Below are positions 1 to 9,241 of a stretch of DNA of 33,855 nucleotides, in pieces; position 1 is the first letter of the stretch; each line of letters starts with the position of its first letter. The notes below the pieces were generated by a model. It saw only the letters and a list, made by a program, of their open reading frames with translations, was not told where the DNA came from and did not search any database. Both the position numbers and the translations under genes were made by a program. The stretch is from Campylobacteraceae bacterium (GTDB lineage Bacteria > Campylobacterota > Campylobacteria > Campylobacterales > JALSKU01). The DNA is taken from assembly GCA_015488975.1 (NCBI GenBank), contig WFMT01000201.1, positions 1 through 33,855 on the forward strand. The letters run 5' to 3'.

Positions 1-540
1 ATAAGAAAAAGTTTGGCTCATAGAACTATATTTAATATTTTAGGACCATTAACCAATCCAGCCGGTGCAAAAAAATATCTTATAGGTGTTTTTAGTGATA
101 AGTTTTTAAACAGGATAATAGTCGGACTTAGTATGCTTGATACAAAAACAGCCATAGCAGTAAGCAGCCGTGATGGACTTGATGAGATAAGTATATCTGA
201 TATCACTTATGCAACTATCCTAAAAGACAGAAGAACCAATGATTTTATCATAGATCCTCAGGAATTTGGCTTTAAATTATATCCCAAAGATGCTATAAGA
301 GGTGCAGATGCAAAAGAAAATGCAAAAATCACCAGAGCTATTTTAAGTGGTGAAGAAGAGGGGGCAAAAAAAGATATAGTGCTTTTAAATGCTGGAGTTG
401 CACTGTTTGTTGATGGGAGTGCAAGAGATATCAAAGAGGGCATAGAGATGGCAAAAGAAGCCATACAAAGCGGTAAAACGATAAAAAAATTAGAAGAGAT
501 AATCAAAATATCAAATCAGTTAGGTGTTAAAAGTGAGTAA
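1..540 (+). CDS. trpD: Anthranilate phosphoribosyltransferase, C-terminal part (5' end outside the window)
   Basis: Frame 1 is open from the window edge (IRKSLAHRTIFNILGPLTNPAG...). The HRTIFN.LGPLTNPA block and the C-terminal SGEEEGAKKDIVLLNAG region are typical of TrpD. The ATG/TTG at 13 is not the true start. Confidence 0.88.
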   Translation: MRKSLAHRTIFNILGPLTNPAGAKKYLIGVFSDKFLNRIIVGLSMLDTKTAIAVSSRDGLDEISISDITYATILKDRRTNDFIIDPQEFGFKLYPKDAIRGADAKENAKITRAILSGEEEGAKKDIVLLNAGVALFVDGSARDIKEGIEMAKEAIQSGKTIKKLEEIIKISNQLGVKSE

Positions 541-946
541 TATCGAATGTGGATTTAATGAAATCGCTGTCATCATAGATAGACTTAAAAAGATTGTAGC
601 AGGTAAAGATATCATTGTTTTGCTTCAAGGAGATTTAGCAAGTGGAAAGACTACTTTGGTAAAAGCTTATGTTGAGTCACTTGGGATAAAAGATAGTGTT
701 ACTAGTCCTACATTTTCACTCCAAAGTCGTTATGGTGATAAGGTTTATCATTATGATGTTTATAATATTACTTTAGATGAATTTGTTTCTATGGGTTTAC
801 TCGAAGAGCTTGAAAAAAAAGGTATTCATTTTGTAGAGTGGGGTGGAGAAGACTTTGAAAAATTGTTAAATGATGTAGGCATGGATAATATAAAAGTTAA
901 GATTGCCATAAAAGATGATAAAAGAGAGTATGAGATAGATGCATAA
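524..946 (+). CDS. tsaE: tRNA t6A37 threonylcarbamoyl-adenosine biosynthesis ATPase TsaE (YjeE family)
   Basis: 140 aa. P-loop GDLASGKTT, then SPTFSL, HYDVY and VEWG motifs in the order characteristic of TsaE. GTG start at 524 (alternative GTG at 533) overlaps the trpD 3' end. Confidence 0.85.
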   Translation: MLKVSNIECGFNEIAVIIDRLKKIVAGKDIIVLLQGDLASGKTTLVKAYVESLGIKDSVTSPTFSLQSRYGDKVYHYDVYNITLDEFVSMGLLEELEKKGIHFVEWGGEDFEKLLNDVGMDNIKVKIAIKDDKREYEIDA

Positions 947-1661
947 GTTAAAAGTTGAAAAATTAGAAAAGATTATTAAAAAAACAAAAATTATAAACAA
1001 TATTTCACTTGAAGTGAAAAGCGGTGAAGTAGTCGGGCTTTTGGGTCCAAACGGTGCCGGAAAAACGACAACATTTTATATAATATGTGGTCTTATAGAA
1101 GCAACAAGCGGTAAAATATATCTTGATAATCAAGATATATCAAATCTTCCTTTGCATAAAAGATCAAAACTTGGCATCGGTTATCTTCCTCAAGAATCTA
1201 GCATATTTAAAGATTTGAGTGTTGAAGAAAATATTATGCTTGCTTGTGAAGTAGTATATAAAAGTAAAGAAGAGGTAAAAAAAAGATCTGAAGAGTTGCT
1301 TGAACTTTTAAATATAGAACCTATAAGAAGAAGAAAAGCACAAAATTTAAGTGGAGGCGAGAGAAGAAGATGTGAAATAGCAAGAGCGCTTTCACTTAGA
1401 CCAAAATTTTTACTTTTAGACGAACCATTTGCAGGAGTTGACCCTATAGCAGTGGCAGATATTCAAGATATCATAGCAGAGTTGGCAAAATTAAAAATAG
1501 GTATTTTGATAACTGATCATAATGTTAGAGAAACTCTTTCTATCTGCGATAAAGCTTATGTTATCAAGGATGGCTCATTACTGGCCTCGGGAAATGCTCA
1601 AGAGATTTTTGATAATAAGTTGGTAAAGACATACTATTTGGGAAGTAATTTTAAATTGTAA
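939..1661 (+). CDS. lptB: LPS export ABC transporter ATP-binding protein LptB
   Basis: 240 aa. Walker [10 protein letters not shown], signature LSGGERRR, Walker [13 protein letters not shown], and the LptB-typical [16 protein letters not shown] block. The position just upstream of rpoN is the classical lptB-rpoN synteny. Overlaps tsaE by 8 nt. Confidence 0.88.
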   Translation: MHKLKVEKLEKIIKKTKIINNISLEVKSGEVVGLLGPNGAGKTTTFYIICGLIEATSGKIYLDNQDISNLPLHKRSKLGIGYLPQESSIFKDLSVEENIMLACEVVYKSKEEVKKRSEELLELLNIEPIRRRKAQNLSGGERRRCEIARALSLRPKFLLLDEPFAGVDPIAVADIQDIIAELAKLKIGILITDHNVRETLSICDKAYVIKDGSLLASGNAQEIFDNKLVKTYYLGSNFKL

Positions 1662-1777
1662 AAGGATACACAGGTGAAACAATCATGTTTTAAAACAAAC
1701 ACAAATAAGAATGAAAATCATAATTGTTTCTCTCTGCGAGTGCAAAGCTTTAGTGATAGGGATTTGGAGATATAAAT

Positions 1778-3019
1778 ATGAAGTTAAGGCAGAGCCAAAC
1801 AGGAAGATTGGCATTATCTTCGACATTAAGAAGCTGGCTGCCTATACTACAATCTGATATAGAATCTTTAGACGAAGTTTTAGAGCCTTTTGTTAAAGAA
1901 AACCCTTTTATAGAAGTAAAATCAGGTTTTGAAAGACACAAACAGAGTTTTCATAGTGATAAGGCATACACAAGTGATTTTATCGAAGCTTTAACGATAA
2001 TCGAAAAGTCTTTGTATGAAGTTTTATATGAACAGATAGCTCCACCGATATTTCCAACTCTTAAATCTCAAAATATTGCTCTTAGTATTGTTGAAAATAT
2101 AGATGAAGAGGGTTATTTTAAAGGAGATATTCAAAAGATTGCCTCAAAATACTCATGTGAAGCAGAATATATAGAAAAGATAAGGCAAAGATTTGCATTT
2201 TTGGAGCCTATAGGTGTAGGTTCAAAGGATATTAAAGAGAATTTTTTATTTCAACTTTATGATATGGATATAGATAATGAATTACATGATACAGTAAAAA
2301 AACTTATATATAATTTTGAAGATATACAAAGTTATAGTGATGAGATAAATTTTGAAGATGCTATGAAGATTATAAGAAAATTTACAAATCCCCCCGCATT
2401 GGAATATTTTAAAGAATCAAAACAGATAATCCCGGATATTTTTGTATTTGAGAGTGAAAAAGGAATAGAGATAAAAATAAACAGTTCTTATTATCCTGAA
2501 ATTATACTTGATGTCGAAGGGGTAGATAAAAGTGAAGATTATATTAAGCAAAAGATAAAAAGTGCGAAAGATTTAATAGATGCTCTTGAGATGAGAAAAG
2601 CAACTCTTTACAAGATAGGGCTTATGATACTTGAATATCAATATGAGTTTTTTATAGGAGGAGCGATTAAACCTATGAAACTAAAAGATTTAGCAGAAGA
2701 ATTGCAAAGAAACCCGTCTACTATTTCAAGAGCTATCGCTAATAAGTATCTTTCTTGCAGCAGAGGCGTGATACCTCTTAAAGATTTTTTTAGTACGGCC
2801 ATAGAAGCAGGAACTTCTAGTGCTTCCATAAAAGAGTTTGTTTCTTGGGTTGTAAAATATGAAGATAGAAAAAAACCTATAAGCGATAATAAAATACTTA
2901 AAAAAATTGAAGAAAAATTTGGTATAAAAATCGTTAGAAGAACTATAACAAAATACAGAAAACAATTAGGCATCGCCGGCTCAAGTGAACGAAAAAAACT
3001 TTATCTTTTGATGGGCTAA
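1778..3019 (+). CDS. rpoN: RNA polymerase sigma-54 factor
   Basis: 413 aa. Region I LRSWLPILQ. C-terminal HTH STISRAIANKYL and RpoN box RRTITKYRKQLGI. GGAG Shine-Dalgarno about 9 nt upstream of the ATG. Confidence 0.95.
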   Translation: MKLRQSQTGRLALSSTLRSWLPILQSDIESLDEVLEPFVKENPFIEVKSGFERHKQSFHSDKAYTSDFIEALTIIEKSLYEVLYEQIAPPIFPTLKSQNIALSIVENIDEEGYFKGDIQKIASKYSCEAEYIEKIRQRFAFLEPIGVGSKDIKENFLFQLYDMDIDNELHDTVKKLIYNFEDIQSYSDEINFEDAMKIIRKFTNPPALEYFKESKQIIPDIFVFESEKGIEIKINSSYYPEIILDVEGVDKSEDYIKQKIKSAKDLIDALEMRKATLYKIGLMILEYQYEFFIGGAIKPMKLKDLAEELQRNPSTISRAIANKYLSCSRGVIPLKDFFSTAIEAGTSSASIKEFVSWVVKYEDRKKPISDNKILKKIEEKFGIKIVRRTITKYRKQLGIAGSSERKKLYLLMG

Positions 3020-3732
3020 GAAAATTTTTTAAGTGCTTTTGCCAAATCTTCTTTGGTATCGATCCCAAAACTTTCACTTTGAACTTCTATCATGGCTATC
3101 TTTTTATCAAAATATATTGCCCTTAATTGTTCTAATTTTTCAATATCCTCTATGGGTGCTGAGGGTAAAGAACAAAACTCTTGCAAGCTTTTTTTTGTAA
3201 AACCATAAACACCTAAATGTCCATAATATTTAAAGTGCTCTTCTCTGTCATAAGGTATTTTACTCCTTGAAAAATATATAGCATGGTTTTTAAAATTTGT
3301 TATAACTTTAACTAAATTTGGATCATTTGCCTGATTTTTATCTATAAGTTTATAACAGCTAACCATCATAATATCTTCATTTTTTTCAGTTGAAAGGGTT
3401 ACTCTGTCTATAATATTTTTAATAATACCAGATTCTATGAAAGGCTCATCCGCTTGAACATTAACTATGACTTCATTGTCATCAAGTTTTAACTTAAAAG
3501 CTGCTTCATTTACTCTATCGGTCCCACTTTTATGTGATTTACTTGTCATAACAGCATCAAATCCATACGCTTTGGCAATATCTACTACTTTACTTGAATC
3601 AGTAGCTATGACTACTTTGTCTATATTTTTTACTCTGTTTGCAGTGGCTATCACCATAGGACAGCCATTTATATCTGCCAAAATCTTTTTTGGAAATCTA
3701 TTTGATTGAAGTCTAGCAGGGATAATAATCAT
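3016..3732 (-). CDS. kdsB: 3-deoxy-manno-octulosonate cytidylyltransferase (CMP-KDO synthetase)
   Basis: 238 aa. N-terminal MIIIPARLQSNRFPKKILADINGCPMV and the DEPF block are typical of KdsB. The 3' end overlaps the rpoN 3' end by 4 nt (convergent). Confidence 0.9.
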   Translation of the reverse strand: MIIIPARLQSNRFPKKILADINGCPMVIATANRVKNIDKVVIATDSSKVVDIAKAYGFDAVMTSKSHKSGTDRVNEAAFKLKLDDNEVIVNVQADEPFIESGIIKNIIDRVTLSTEKNEDIMMVSCYKLIDKNQANDPNLVKVITNFKNHAIYFSRSKIPYDREEHFKYYGHLGVYGFTKKSLQEFCSLPSAPIEDIEKLEQLRAIYFDKKIAMIEVQSESFGIDTKEDLAKALKKFS

Positions 3733-3748
3733 GTTTTAAATACCTTTT

Positions 3749-3757
3749 TGATAAAAT
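3749..3757 (+). promoter_or_regulatory. Candidate extended -10 box (TGATAAAAT) for the methyltransferase-to-MTH1187 gene chain
   Basis: TGnTAAAAT lies 31 nt upstream of the TTG start, in the 56-bp divergent spacer. A/T-rich motifs arise by chance in this DNA, so this is only a candidate. Confidence 0.3.
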
Positions 3758-3764
3758 ACGAGAT

Positions 3765-3770
3765 ATTATA
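3765..3770 (-). promoter_or_regulatory. Candidate -10 box (TATAAT on the minus strand) for kdsB
   Basis: Plus-strand ATTATA equals minus-strand TATAAT, about 32 nt upstream of the kdsB ATG (3732). An AAGG Shine-Dalgarno lies in between. Candidate only. Confidence 0.3.
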
Positions 3771-3788
3771 ACTAAAAAAGGTTTATAC

Positions 3789-4502
3789 TTGTTTATTTAT
3801 CAAGAAAAAGGTGGATATTGTTATAACAGTGACACTCTTTTTTTATATGATTTTATTTCTAAAAAAGATATCAGAGGACATGTACTTGATGTTGGCTGTG
3901 GATGTGGGATACTAGGACTTTTGGTAAAAGAAAATTTTGATATTAGCTTAAGTGGGATTGATATACAAAAAAATAATATAATAATTTCAAAAGTAAATGC
4001 AAAAAATAATAATTTAAAATCAAAGTTCATACACGATAATTTTTTGGAATATGAATTTAATGAAAAGTTTGATTATATTGTTTCTAATCCGCCATTTTAC
4101 AGAGGGACAAGTAAACAGAGTACAAACTTGTCAAAAAAAATAAGCAGATTTAATTCAAATTTACCTGTTGAGGATTTTATACAAAAAAGTAATTCTCTTT
4201 TAAAACCAAGAGGAGAGTTGATATTTTGTTATGATGTGGGGCATTTTCAAGATATAGCTTATTTACTTAAAAAATATAAATTAAATTTAGAAGAAATTCG
4301 TTTTATTCATCCAAAATTAGATAAAAATGCAACTATAGTTTTAATAAGATCCAAAAAAAGTTCAAAAAGTATGGTAAAATGTTTACCGCCATTAGTTACT
4401 CATAAAAATAATATTTTTAGTAAAGAAGTCACTGATATATATAAGAAAATAAATTTAAAAAGTTTAAAATGCGAAATGGAGATTGGAGAAAAGTTTGAAT
4501 GA
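3789..4502 (+). CDS. SAM-dependent methyltransferase, N6-adenine type (TrmN6/YfiC-like)
   Basis: 237 aa. SAM motif LDVGCGCGILGL and catalytic VSNPPFY (NPPF/Y) motif. TTG start at 3789 with an AAGG about 7 nt upstream. The exact substrate cannot be read from the sequence. Confidence 0.6.
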   Translation: MFIYQEKGGYCYNSDTLFLYDFISKKDIRGHVLDVGCGCGILGLLVKENFDISLSGIDIQKNNIIISKVNAKNNNLKSKFIHDNFLEYEFNEKFDYIVSNPPFYRGTSKQSTNLSKKISRFNSNLPVEDFIQKSNSLLKPRGELIFCYDVGHFQDIAYLLKKYKLNLEEIRFIHPKLDKNATIVLIRSKKSSKSMVKCLPPLVTHKNNIFSKEVTDIYKKINLKSLKCEMEIGEKFE

Positions 4503-4872
4503 TGATATTATAAGAGTTGACGGATTTAAATATGGATTTAAACCTTCGGCTTGCGAAGAGTGTGCGGGTAAATGCTGTACCGGAGAGAGTGGATATATTT
4601 GGGTAAATAATAGTGAAATTAAAAAAATAGCTGAATTTTTAAAATTAGATGAAGAGATATTTAAAAAAAATTGTTTAAATAAGATAAAATATAAGTTTAC
4701 AATAAAAGAAGTTTTAATAAATGGAGAGTTTGAATGTCTGTTTTTTGACAATATTGGCAAAAAATGTCAAATATATGAAGTGAGACCGAATCAATGCAAA
4801 ACTTTTCCGTTTTGGGATTATTTTAAAACAAATGAAAAAGAGGTGAGAAACGAGTGTATAGGTATAGTATAA
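4483..4872 (+). CDS. YkgJ-family cysteine-cluster (CxxCxxCC) zinc/iron-binding protein
   Basis: 129 aa. CEECAGKCC near the N-terminus and RPNQCKTFPFW near the C-terminus match the YkgJ/UPF0153 pattern. There is no in-frame ATG before the Cys cluster. The start is TTG 4483, or TTG 4495, which has a GGAG 6 nt upstream. Confidence 0.7.
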   Translation: MEKSLNDDIIRVDGFKYGFKPSACEECAGKCCTGESGYIWVNNSEIKKIAEFLKLDEEIFKKNCLNKIKYKFTIKEVLINGEFECLFFDNIGKKCQIYEVRPNQCKTFPFWDYFKTNEKEVRNECIGIV

Positions 4873-6128
4873 TAATAGCTTCATTGTTTATTTTCTTGTT
4901 TACGGGGTGTTCTGTAAAAAATTTACAGATTAATAAAAGTATTGTAAAATCATATAAATATGAGAATAAATATCTGCTTTTTGCACTTATGTATGAGCAA
5001 GACGGTGACTATAATGATGCAAGAGTATATTTTTTAAAATTATATAAACATACAAAAAAAATTGATTATCTTAAAAAATTAATTAATGTAACCATAAGAG
5101 CCAAAGAGTATAAAAAATTAAAAGAATATCTTAGCATGGGTTTGGATGATTATCCTGAAAATGAAATGCTTAAAAGAACATATATAAAATATTTACTTTT
5201 TAAAAAAGATTATAAAAAAGCTAAAAGATTAACATTTGATTTGGTAAAATCAGATAAAGATGTGAAAAATTATGAGTTTGCCGGATTGGTATTTTTATCA
5301 TTTAAAGAGTATAAGTTTGCATTAAAATATTTTGAAAGAGCTTATGGCATAGGCTATAATGAAAAGATATTGAGCAATATTGCCAATATATTATATTTAT
5401 ATTTAAATAAAAAAGATGAAGCGATAGCTTATCTTGAAACTCATATCAGAATGAGAGGCTGCTCAAAAAATATATGCTATCAATTGTTGAACTTTTATGC
5501 AAAAGAGAAAGATGTAAATGGTTTGATTTCTGTTTATAAGAGATTGTATTTTCATACCAAAGATAAAAAGTTTGCCAAGAAAGTGGTAGAGCTTCTTATG
5601 TATCAAGGTGAAAGAAAGACAGCTATAAGATTTTTAAAGAAAAGTGACTATGATGACAGGTTACTTATTGATATTTATGTTTCTATGAAAGATTTTAAAA
5701 ATGCTTATAAGACTGCAAAATTATTGTATAAAAAAGACCCTAACCCATCATTTTTGGGAAAGATGGCTATTTTTCAGTATGAAGGCGCCAAGGTGAGGGA
5801 TAAAAAGCTTCTTATGTCTGTATCTAAAAAGTTTGAAAAAGCAATTCATGCTACAAAAGACCCACTTTATTTAAATTATTACGGTTATCTTTTGATTGAT
5901 TATAACTTAAATATAAAAAAAGGTATAAAACTTGTAAAAGAGGCTTTGAAAGAAGAGCCAGATTCGCCTTATTATCTTGATTCTTTGGCTTGGGGATATT
6001 ATAAATTGGGACTTTGTAAAAAGGCAAAAAAAATAATGTCAAAAGTTTTACAAATGACTGGGGATAGTGAAGTTAAAAAGCATGACAATGCTATAAACGA
6101 ATGTATTAAAAAGAAAGAAGATAAATGA
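4854..6128 (+). CDS. TPR-repeat lipoprotein, function unknown
   Basis: 424 aa. Signal peptide with lipobox LFTGC (Cys19). The rest is helical and Y/K/L-rich with repeated A..Y...L patterns typical of TPR. GTG start overlaps the upstream gene by 19 nt. Confidence 0.65.
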   Translation: MYRYSIIIASLFIFLFTGCSVKNLQINKSIVKSYKYENKYLLFALMYEQDGDYNDARVYFLKLYKHTKKIDYLKKLINVTIRAKEYKKLKEYLSMGLDDYPENEMLKRTYIKYLLFKKDYKKAKRLTFDLVKSDKDVKNYEFAGLVFLSFKEYKFALKYFERAYGIGYNEKILSNIANILYLYLNKKDEAIAYLETHIRMRGCSKNICYQLLNFYAKEKDVNGLISVYKRLYFHTKDKKFAKKVVELLMYQGERKTAIRFLKKSDYDDRLLIDIYVSMKDFKNAYKTAKLLYKKDPNPSFLGKMAIFQYEGAKVRDKKLLMSVSKKFEKAIHATKDPLYLNYYGYLLIDYNLNIKKGIKLVKEALKEEPDSPYYLDSLAWGYYKLGLCKKAKKIMSKVLQMTGDSEVKKHDNAINECIKKKEDK

Positions 6129-6913
6129 TACTTGATGAGATAATAATAAAAACCAAAGAAGAATTGGAAAAAAAGAAAAAAGAGTTTTCTCTTGATTGGC
6201 TTGGAAGAAGCCTTGCATACAATCCTTATGTTCCAAGGGATATCAAAAAATACCTTACTTCTACAAAAGAAGATCCTTATAGGATTATTGCTGAAGTTAA
6301 AAAAGCAAGTCCAAGCAAAGGCATAATAAAAGAAGATTTTGATCCTTTAAAAATTGCTCAAGAGTATGAGAAAGCCGGTGCAAATGCTATATCGGTTCTA
6401 ACAGAACCTTTCTTTTTTCAAGGAGATTTGGAGTATCTAACAGGCATAAGAAGATACACAGGAACTCCACTTCTTAGAAAAGATTTTATTATAGATAAAT
6501 ATCAACTTGTCGAGGCTTTGGTTTATGGTGCTGATTTTGTTCTTTTGATAGCAAAGGCTCTGAGTAAAAAAGATTTAAAAGAGTTGCTAAATTATACAAG
6601 GCATCTTGGAATGGAAGCATTGGTTGAAATCCATGATAAAGAAGACTTAAAAAAAGCCATATATTCAGGAGCTGATATTATAGGTATAAATCATAGGAAT
6701 CTTGAGACTTTTAAGATGGACATGGAATTGTGTGATAAACTTATACCTCTTATTCCAAATGGAAAAATAATCGTTGCAGAGAGTGGGATAAGTGATAAAA
6801 ATGTTATAAAAAGACTTCATGGCAAAGGGGTGGATGCTTTTTTAATAGGAGAATATTTTATGAGACAAGAGAATATAGCAAAAAGTTTGCAAGATTTTAA
6901 AAGAGTTGATTGA
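6125..6913 (+). CDS. trpC: Indole-3-glycerol phosphate synthase
   Basis: 262 aa. [34 protein letters not shown] and GINHRNL blocks are diagnostic of TrpC. ATGA overlap with the upstream gene. Confidence 0.92.
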   Translation: MILDEIIIKTKEELEKKKKEFSLDWLGRSLAYNPYVPRDIKKYLTSTKEDPYRIIAEVKKASPSKGIIKEDFDPLKIAQEYEKAGANAISVLTEPFFFQGDLEYLTGIRRYTGTPLLRKDFIIDKYQLVEALVYGADFVLLIAKALSKKDLKELLNYTRHLGMEALVEIHDKEDLKKAIYSGADIIGINHRNLETFKMDMELCDKLIPLIPNGKIIVAESGISDKNVIKRLHGKGVDAFLIGEYFMRQENIAKSLQDFKRVD

Positions 6914-7407
6914 TGCAGTATCTTTATGCACCTTGGAGGAGTGATTATGTTACTCACAAAAAGATAGAGGGTTGTGTCTTTTGCCATATATCTAAAAATT
7001 CAAAGATGGATGATGAGCATTTTGTGTTATACCGCGATGAAGTCTGTTTTATGGTTATGAATAAATACCCTTATAATCCCGGACATTTTATGATAATACC
7101 CCATCTTCACACTGACAATCTTGAAAGTTTGAATGAGGAAGTTTGGATAAAAATGTCAACACTTGCAAAACAATCAGTCAAAATGCTTAAAGAAGGATTT
7201 AATGCTAAAGGGGTTAATATAGGGATGAATTTAGGGGCAAGTGCAGGTGCTGGAATAGCTGAACATGTTCACATGCATATAGTACCAAGGTGGGAGAGAG
7301 ACACCAACTTCATAACTACTATTGGTCATATTAGGGTATATTCTACTGAGTTTATGCAGGTTTATAAAAAGATAAAAGAGTTGTTGCCAAAATATATAAA
7401 GGTTTAA
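6913..7407 (+). CDS. HIT-family nucleotide hydrolase/phosphorylase
   Basis: Histidine triad HVHMHIVPRW. N-terminal APWR..Y and C.FC motifs, as in the Ap4A-phosphorylase-like HIT branch. I place the start at ATG 6913 (TGATG overlap with the trpC stop) rather than the TTG at 6910 in the ORF track. Confidence 0.8.
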   Translation: MQYLYAPWRSDYVTHKKIEGCVFCHISKNSKMDDEHFVLYRDEVCFMVMNKYPYNPGHFMIIPHLHTDNLESLNEEVWIKMSTLAKQSVKMLKEGFNAKGVNIGMNLGASAGAGIAEHVHMHIVPRWERDTNFITTIGHIRVYSTEFMQVYKKIKELLPKYIKV

Positions 7408-7409
7408 AA

Positions 7410-7727
7410 ATGTCAGTATTGCTTGAATTTTCAATGTTTCCAACAGATAAAGGTGAGAGTGTTAGTGAATATGTAAGCAAAATTATAAAAATGATTGATA
7501 AAAGTGGAGTCAAGTATCAGTTAACGGCTATGGGAAGTATAGTTGAATGTGATACAATGGAGAATGCATTAAAAGTTATCAATGATTCATATAAAGTTTT
7601 AGAGCCGTATTCTAACAGGATTTATTGCGATATAAAACTTGATATTAGAAAAAATCGACAAAATGCAATAACTTCAAAAATTAAATCTATACAAGACAAA
7701 ATAGACAACGATGTGTCTATTTTGTAA
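7410..7727 (+). CDS. MTH1187/YkoF-like (DUF77) small thiamine-binding-family protein
   Basis: 105 aa. The N-terminal LEFSMFPTDKGESVSEYVSKII...GVKYQLTAMGSIVE pattern matches my recollection of the MTH1187 family. Starts 2 nt after the HIT gene stop. Confidence 0.65.
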   Translation: MSVLLEFSMFPTDKGESVSEYVSKIIKMIDKSGVKYQLTAMGSIVECDTMENALKVINDSYKVLEPYSNRIYCDIKLDIRKNRQNAITSKIKSIQDKIDNDVSIL

Positions 7728-7783
7728 CCGTTGTATGTTAATATCAACCTGATGCATTTTTTTTATATGGGAGGTAAAGCAAT

Positions 7784-9241
7784 ATGAAGAAAAAAACAAA
7801 GATTTTAGCAACAGTTGGACCAGCTAGTGATAATATTGAGATTTTAGAAGGACTTATTAATGCAGGAGTTAATGTATTTAGACTAAATTTTAGTCATGGT
7901 AGCCACGAATATCACCATAAGATTTTAAAACATATAAGACAAGCTGAGAATAACTTACATAAAAAAGTTGGAATACTTCAAGATATTTGCGGACCAAAGA
8001 TAAGAGTTGGTGAACTTTCAGGTAGTTTTGAGCTAAAAGAGAATGATAGACTTATCTTTGTAAAAAAGCACATAAAAGGCGAAAAGATAGATAATGGATT
8101 GTATAAGTTATCCATTAATCAGCCTCAAGTCTTGGATATGCTTAAAGTTGATGAGTACATATATCTTTGTGATGGTAATATAAAAGCTAAAGTTACAAAA
8201 ACAGGAGATGAGGTAGAAGCTATAGTAGAAAATGATGGAGTTTTATCTTCACAAAAAGGGGTAAATTTTCCAAATACTATTTTGAACCTTGAAATAATAA
8301 CCCCAAAAGATGAAAAAGATTTGCAATGGGGTGCAAAATACGGAGTTGATTTTGTAGCCATTTCTTTTGTACAGAATGAAAAAGATATAAAAAAAGTAAA
8401 AAAACTCCTTGATAAATTTAAATCAACCGCACAGGTTATAGCTAAAATTGAAAAATTTGATGCTGTTGAGAATATTGATAAAATTATAAAAATTAGTGAT
8501 GGAGTTATGGTGGCAAGAGGGGATCTTGGCATAGAAGTACCTTACTATAAAGTGCCAAGTATCCAAAAAAGAATTATCAGAAAAGCAAATGCTGCCTCAA
8601 AACCTGTCATAACAGCAACTCAAATGCTTTTATCCATGACTGAAAAAGAAGTAGCAACAAGAGCAGAGATCAGCGATGTGGCAAATGCCGTGCTTGATGG
8701 AACTGATGTAGTGATGCTTTCAGAAGAGAGTGCTATAGGCAGATATCCTGTAAATGTAGTTGAAGTGATGAGCAATACTATAGTTGAAACGGAAAAAGTG
8801 TATCCATATAATAAATTTGGGAGATATAAATTTTTAGATGATACCGATGTTATCTCCTCAGCTACTGCAATGCTTGCTACTGATTTAAATGTTAAAGCTC
8901 TAATCTCTTTAACAAGTTCTGGAAAATCAGCTAAAAAAATAGCAAGATACAGGACAAACAAACCCATTTATGCGATAACTCATAATGAAAAAATAGCAAG
9001 ATCTTTAACTTTGGTTTGGGGAGTGGAGCCTGTTATGGATATTGAAGAGGAAAGCTTAAATATAATGCTTGCAAAGATATTAAATAAAGCAGTAAAAGAA
9101 AAAATTATAGATTTAGATAGTTCATATATTGTAACCGCTGGTTATCCAACTGGAGTTCCAGGAAGTATGAATTTTATAAGGATACTTAAAAAAGAACAAA
9201 TGTTGCATTATATAAATAGTACTTGTGAGGAAAAAAATTGA
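7784..9241 (+). CDS. pyk: Pyruvate kinase
   Basis: 485 aa. KTKILATVGPAS, NVFRLNFSHG, MVARGDLGIEVP and MLSEESAIGRYP blocks. GGGAGG Shine-Dalgarno upstream. Confidence 0.95.
   Translation: MKKKTKILATVGPASDNIEILEGLINAGVNVFRLNFSHGSHEYHHKILKHIRQAENNLHKKVGILQDICGPKIRVGELSGSFELKENDRLIFVKKHIKGEKIDNGLYKLSINQPQVLDMLKVDEYIYLCDGNIKAKVTKTGDEVEAIVENDGVLSSQKGVNFPNTILNLEIITPKDEKDLQWGAKYGVDFVAISFVQNEKDIKKVKKLLDKFKSTAQVIAKIEKFDAVENIDKIIKISDGVMVARGDLGIEVPYYKVPSIQKRIIRKANAASKPVITATQMLLSMTEKEVATRAEISDVANAVLDGTDVVMLSEESAIGRYPVNVVEVMSNTIVETEKVYPYNKFGRYKFLDDTDVISSATAMLATDLNVKALISLTSSGKSAKKIARYRTNKPIYAITHNEKIARSLTLVWGVEPVMDIEEESLNIMLAKILNKAVKEKIIDLDSSYIVTAGYPTGVPGSMNFIRILKKEQMLHYINSTCEEKN

Noticed and set aside
1711-1857. 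48-codon ORF (MKIIIVSLCECKALVIGIW...) starting in the lptB-rpoN spacer and running into the rpoN 5' end in another frame.
   Set aside because: No Shine-Dalgarno sequence upstream. It overlaps the well-supported rpoN N-terminus (LRSWLPILQ region) and has no recognisable features. It cannot be supported as a leader peptide without ribosome profiling.
1-6913. trpD and trpC separated by about 5.6 kb of unrelated genes, considered as a sign of rearrangement or pseudogenisation of the tryptophan pathway.
   Set aside because: Both reading frames are intact with all diagnostic motifs. A dispersed trpC is, to my recollection, normal in Campylobacter-type genomes.
7757-7764. T8 run just upstream of the pyk ribosome-binding site, considered as the U-tract of an intrinsic terminator ending the methyltransferase-to-MTH1187 chain.
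   Set aside because: The preceding sequence offers only a 4-6 nt self-complementary stretch (ATGCAT, GTTAAT/ATCAAC with a mismatch). No convincing GC-containing stem is present.
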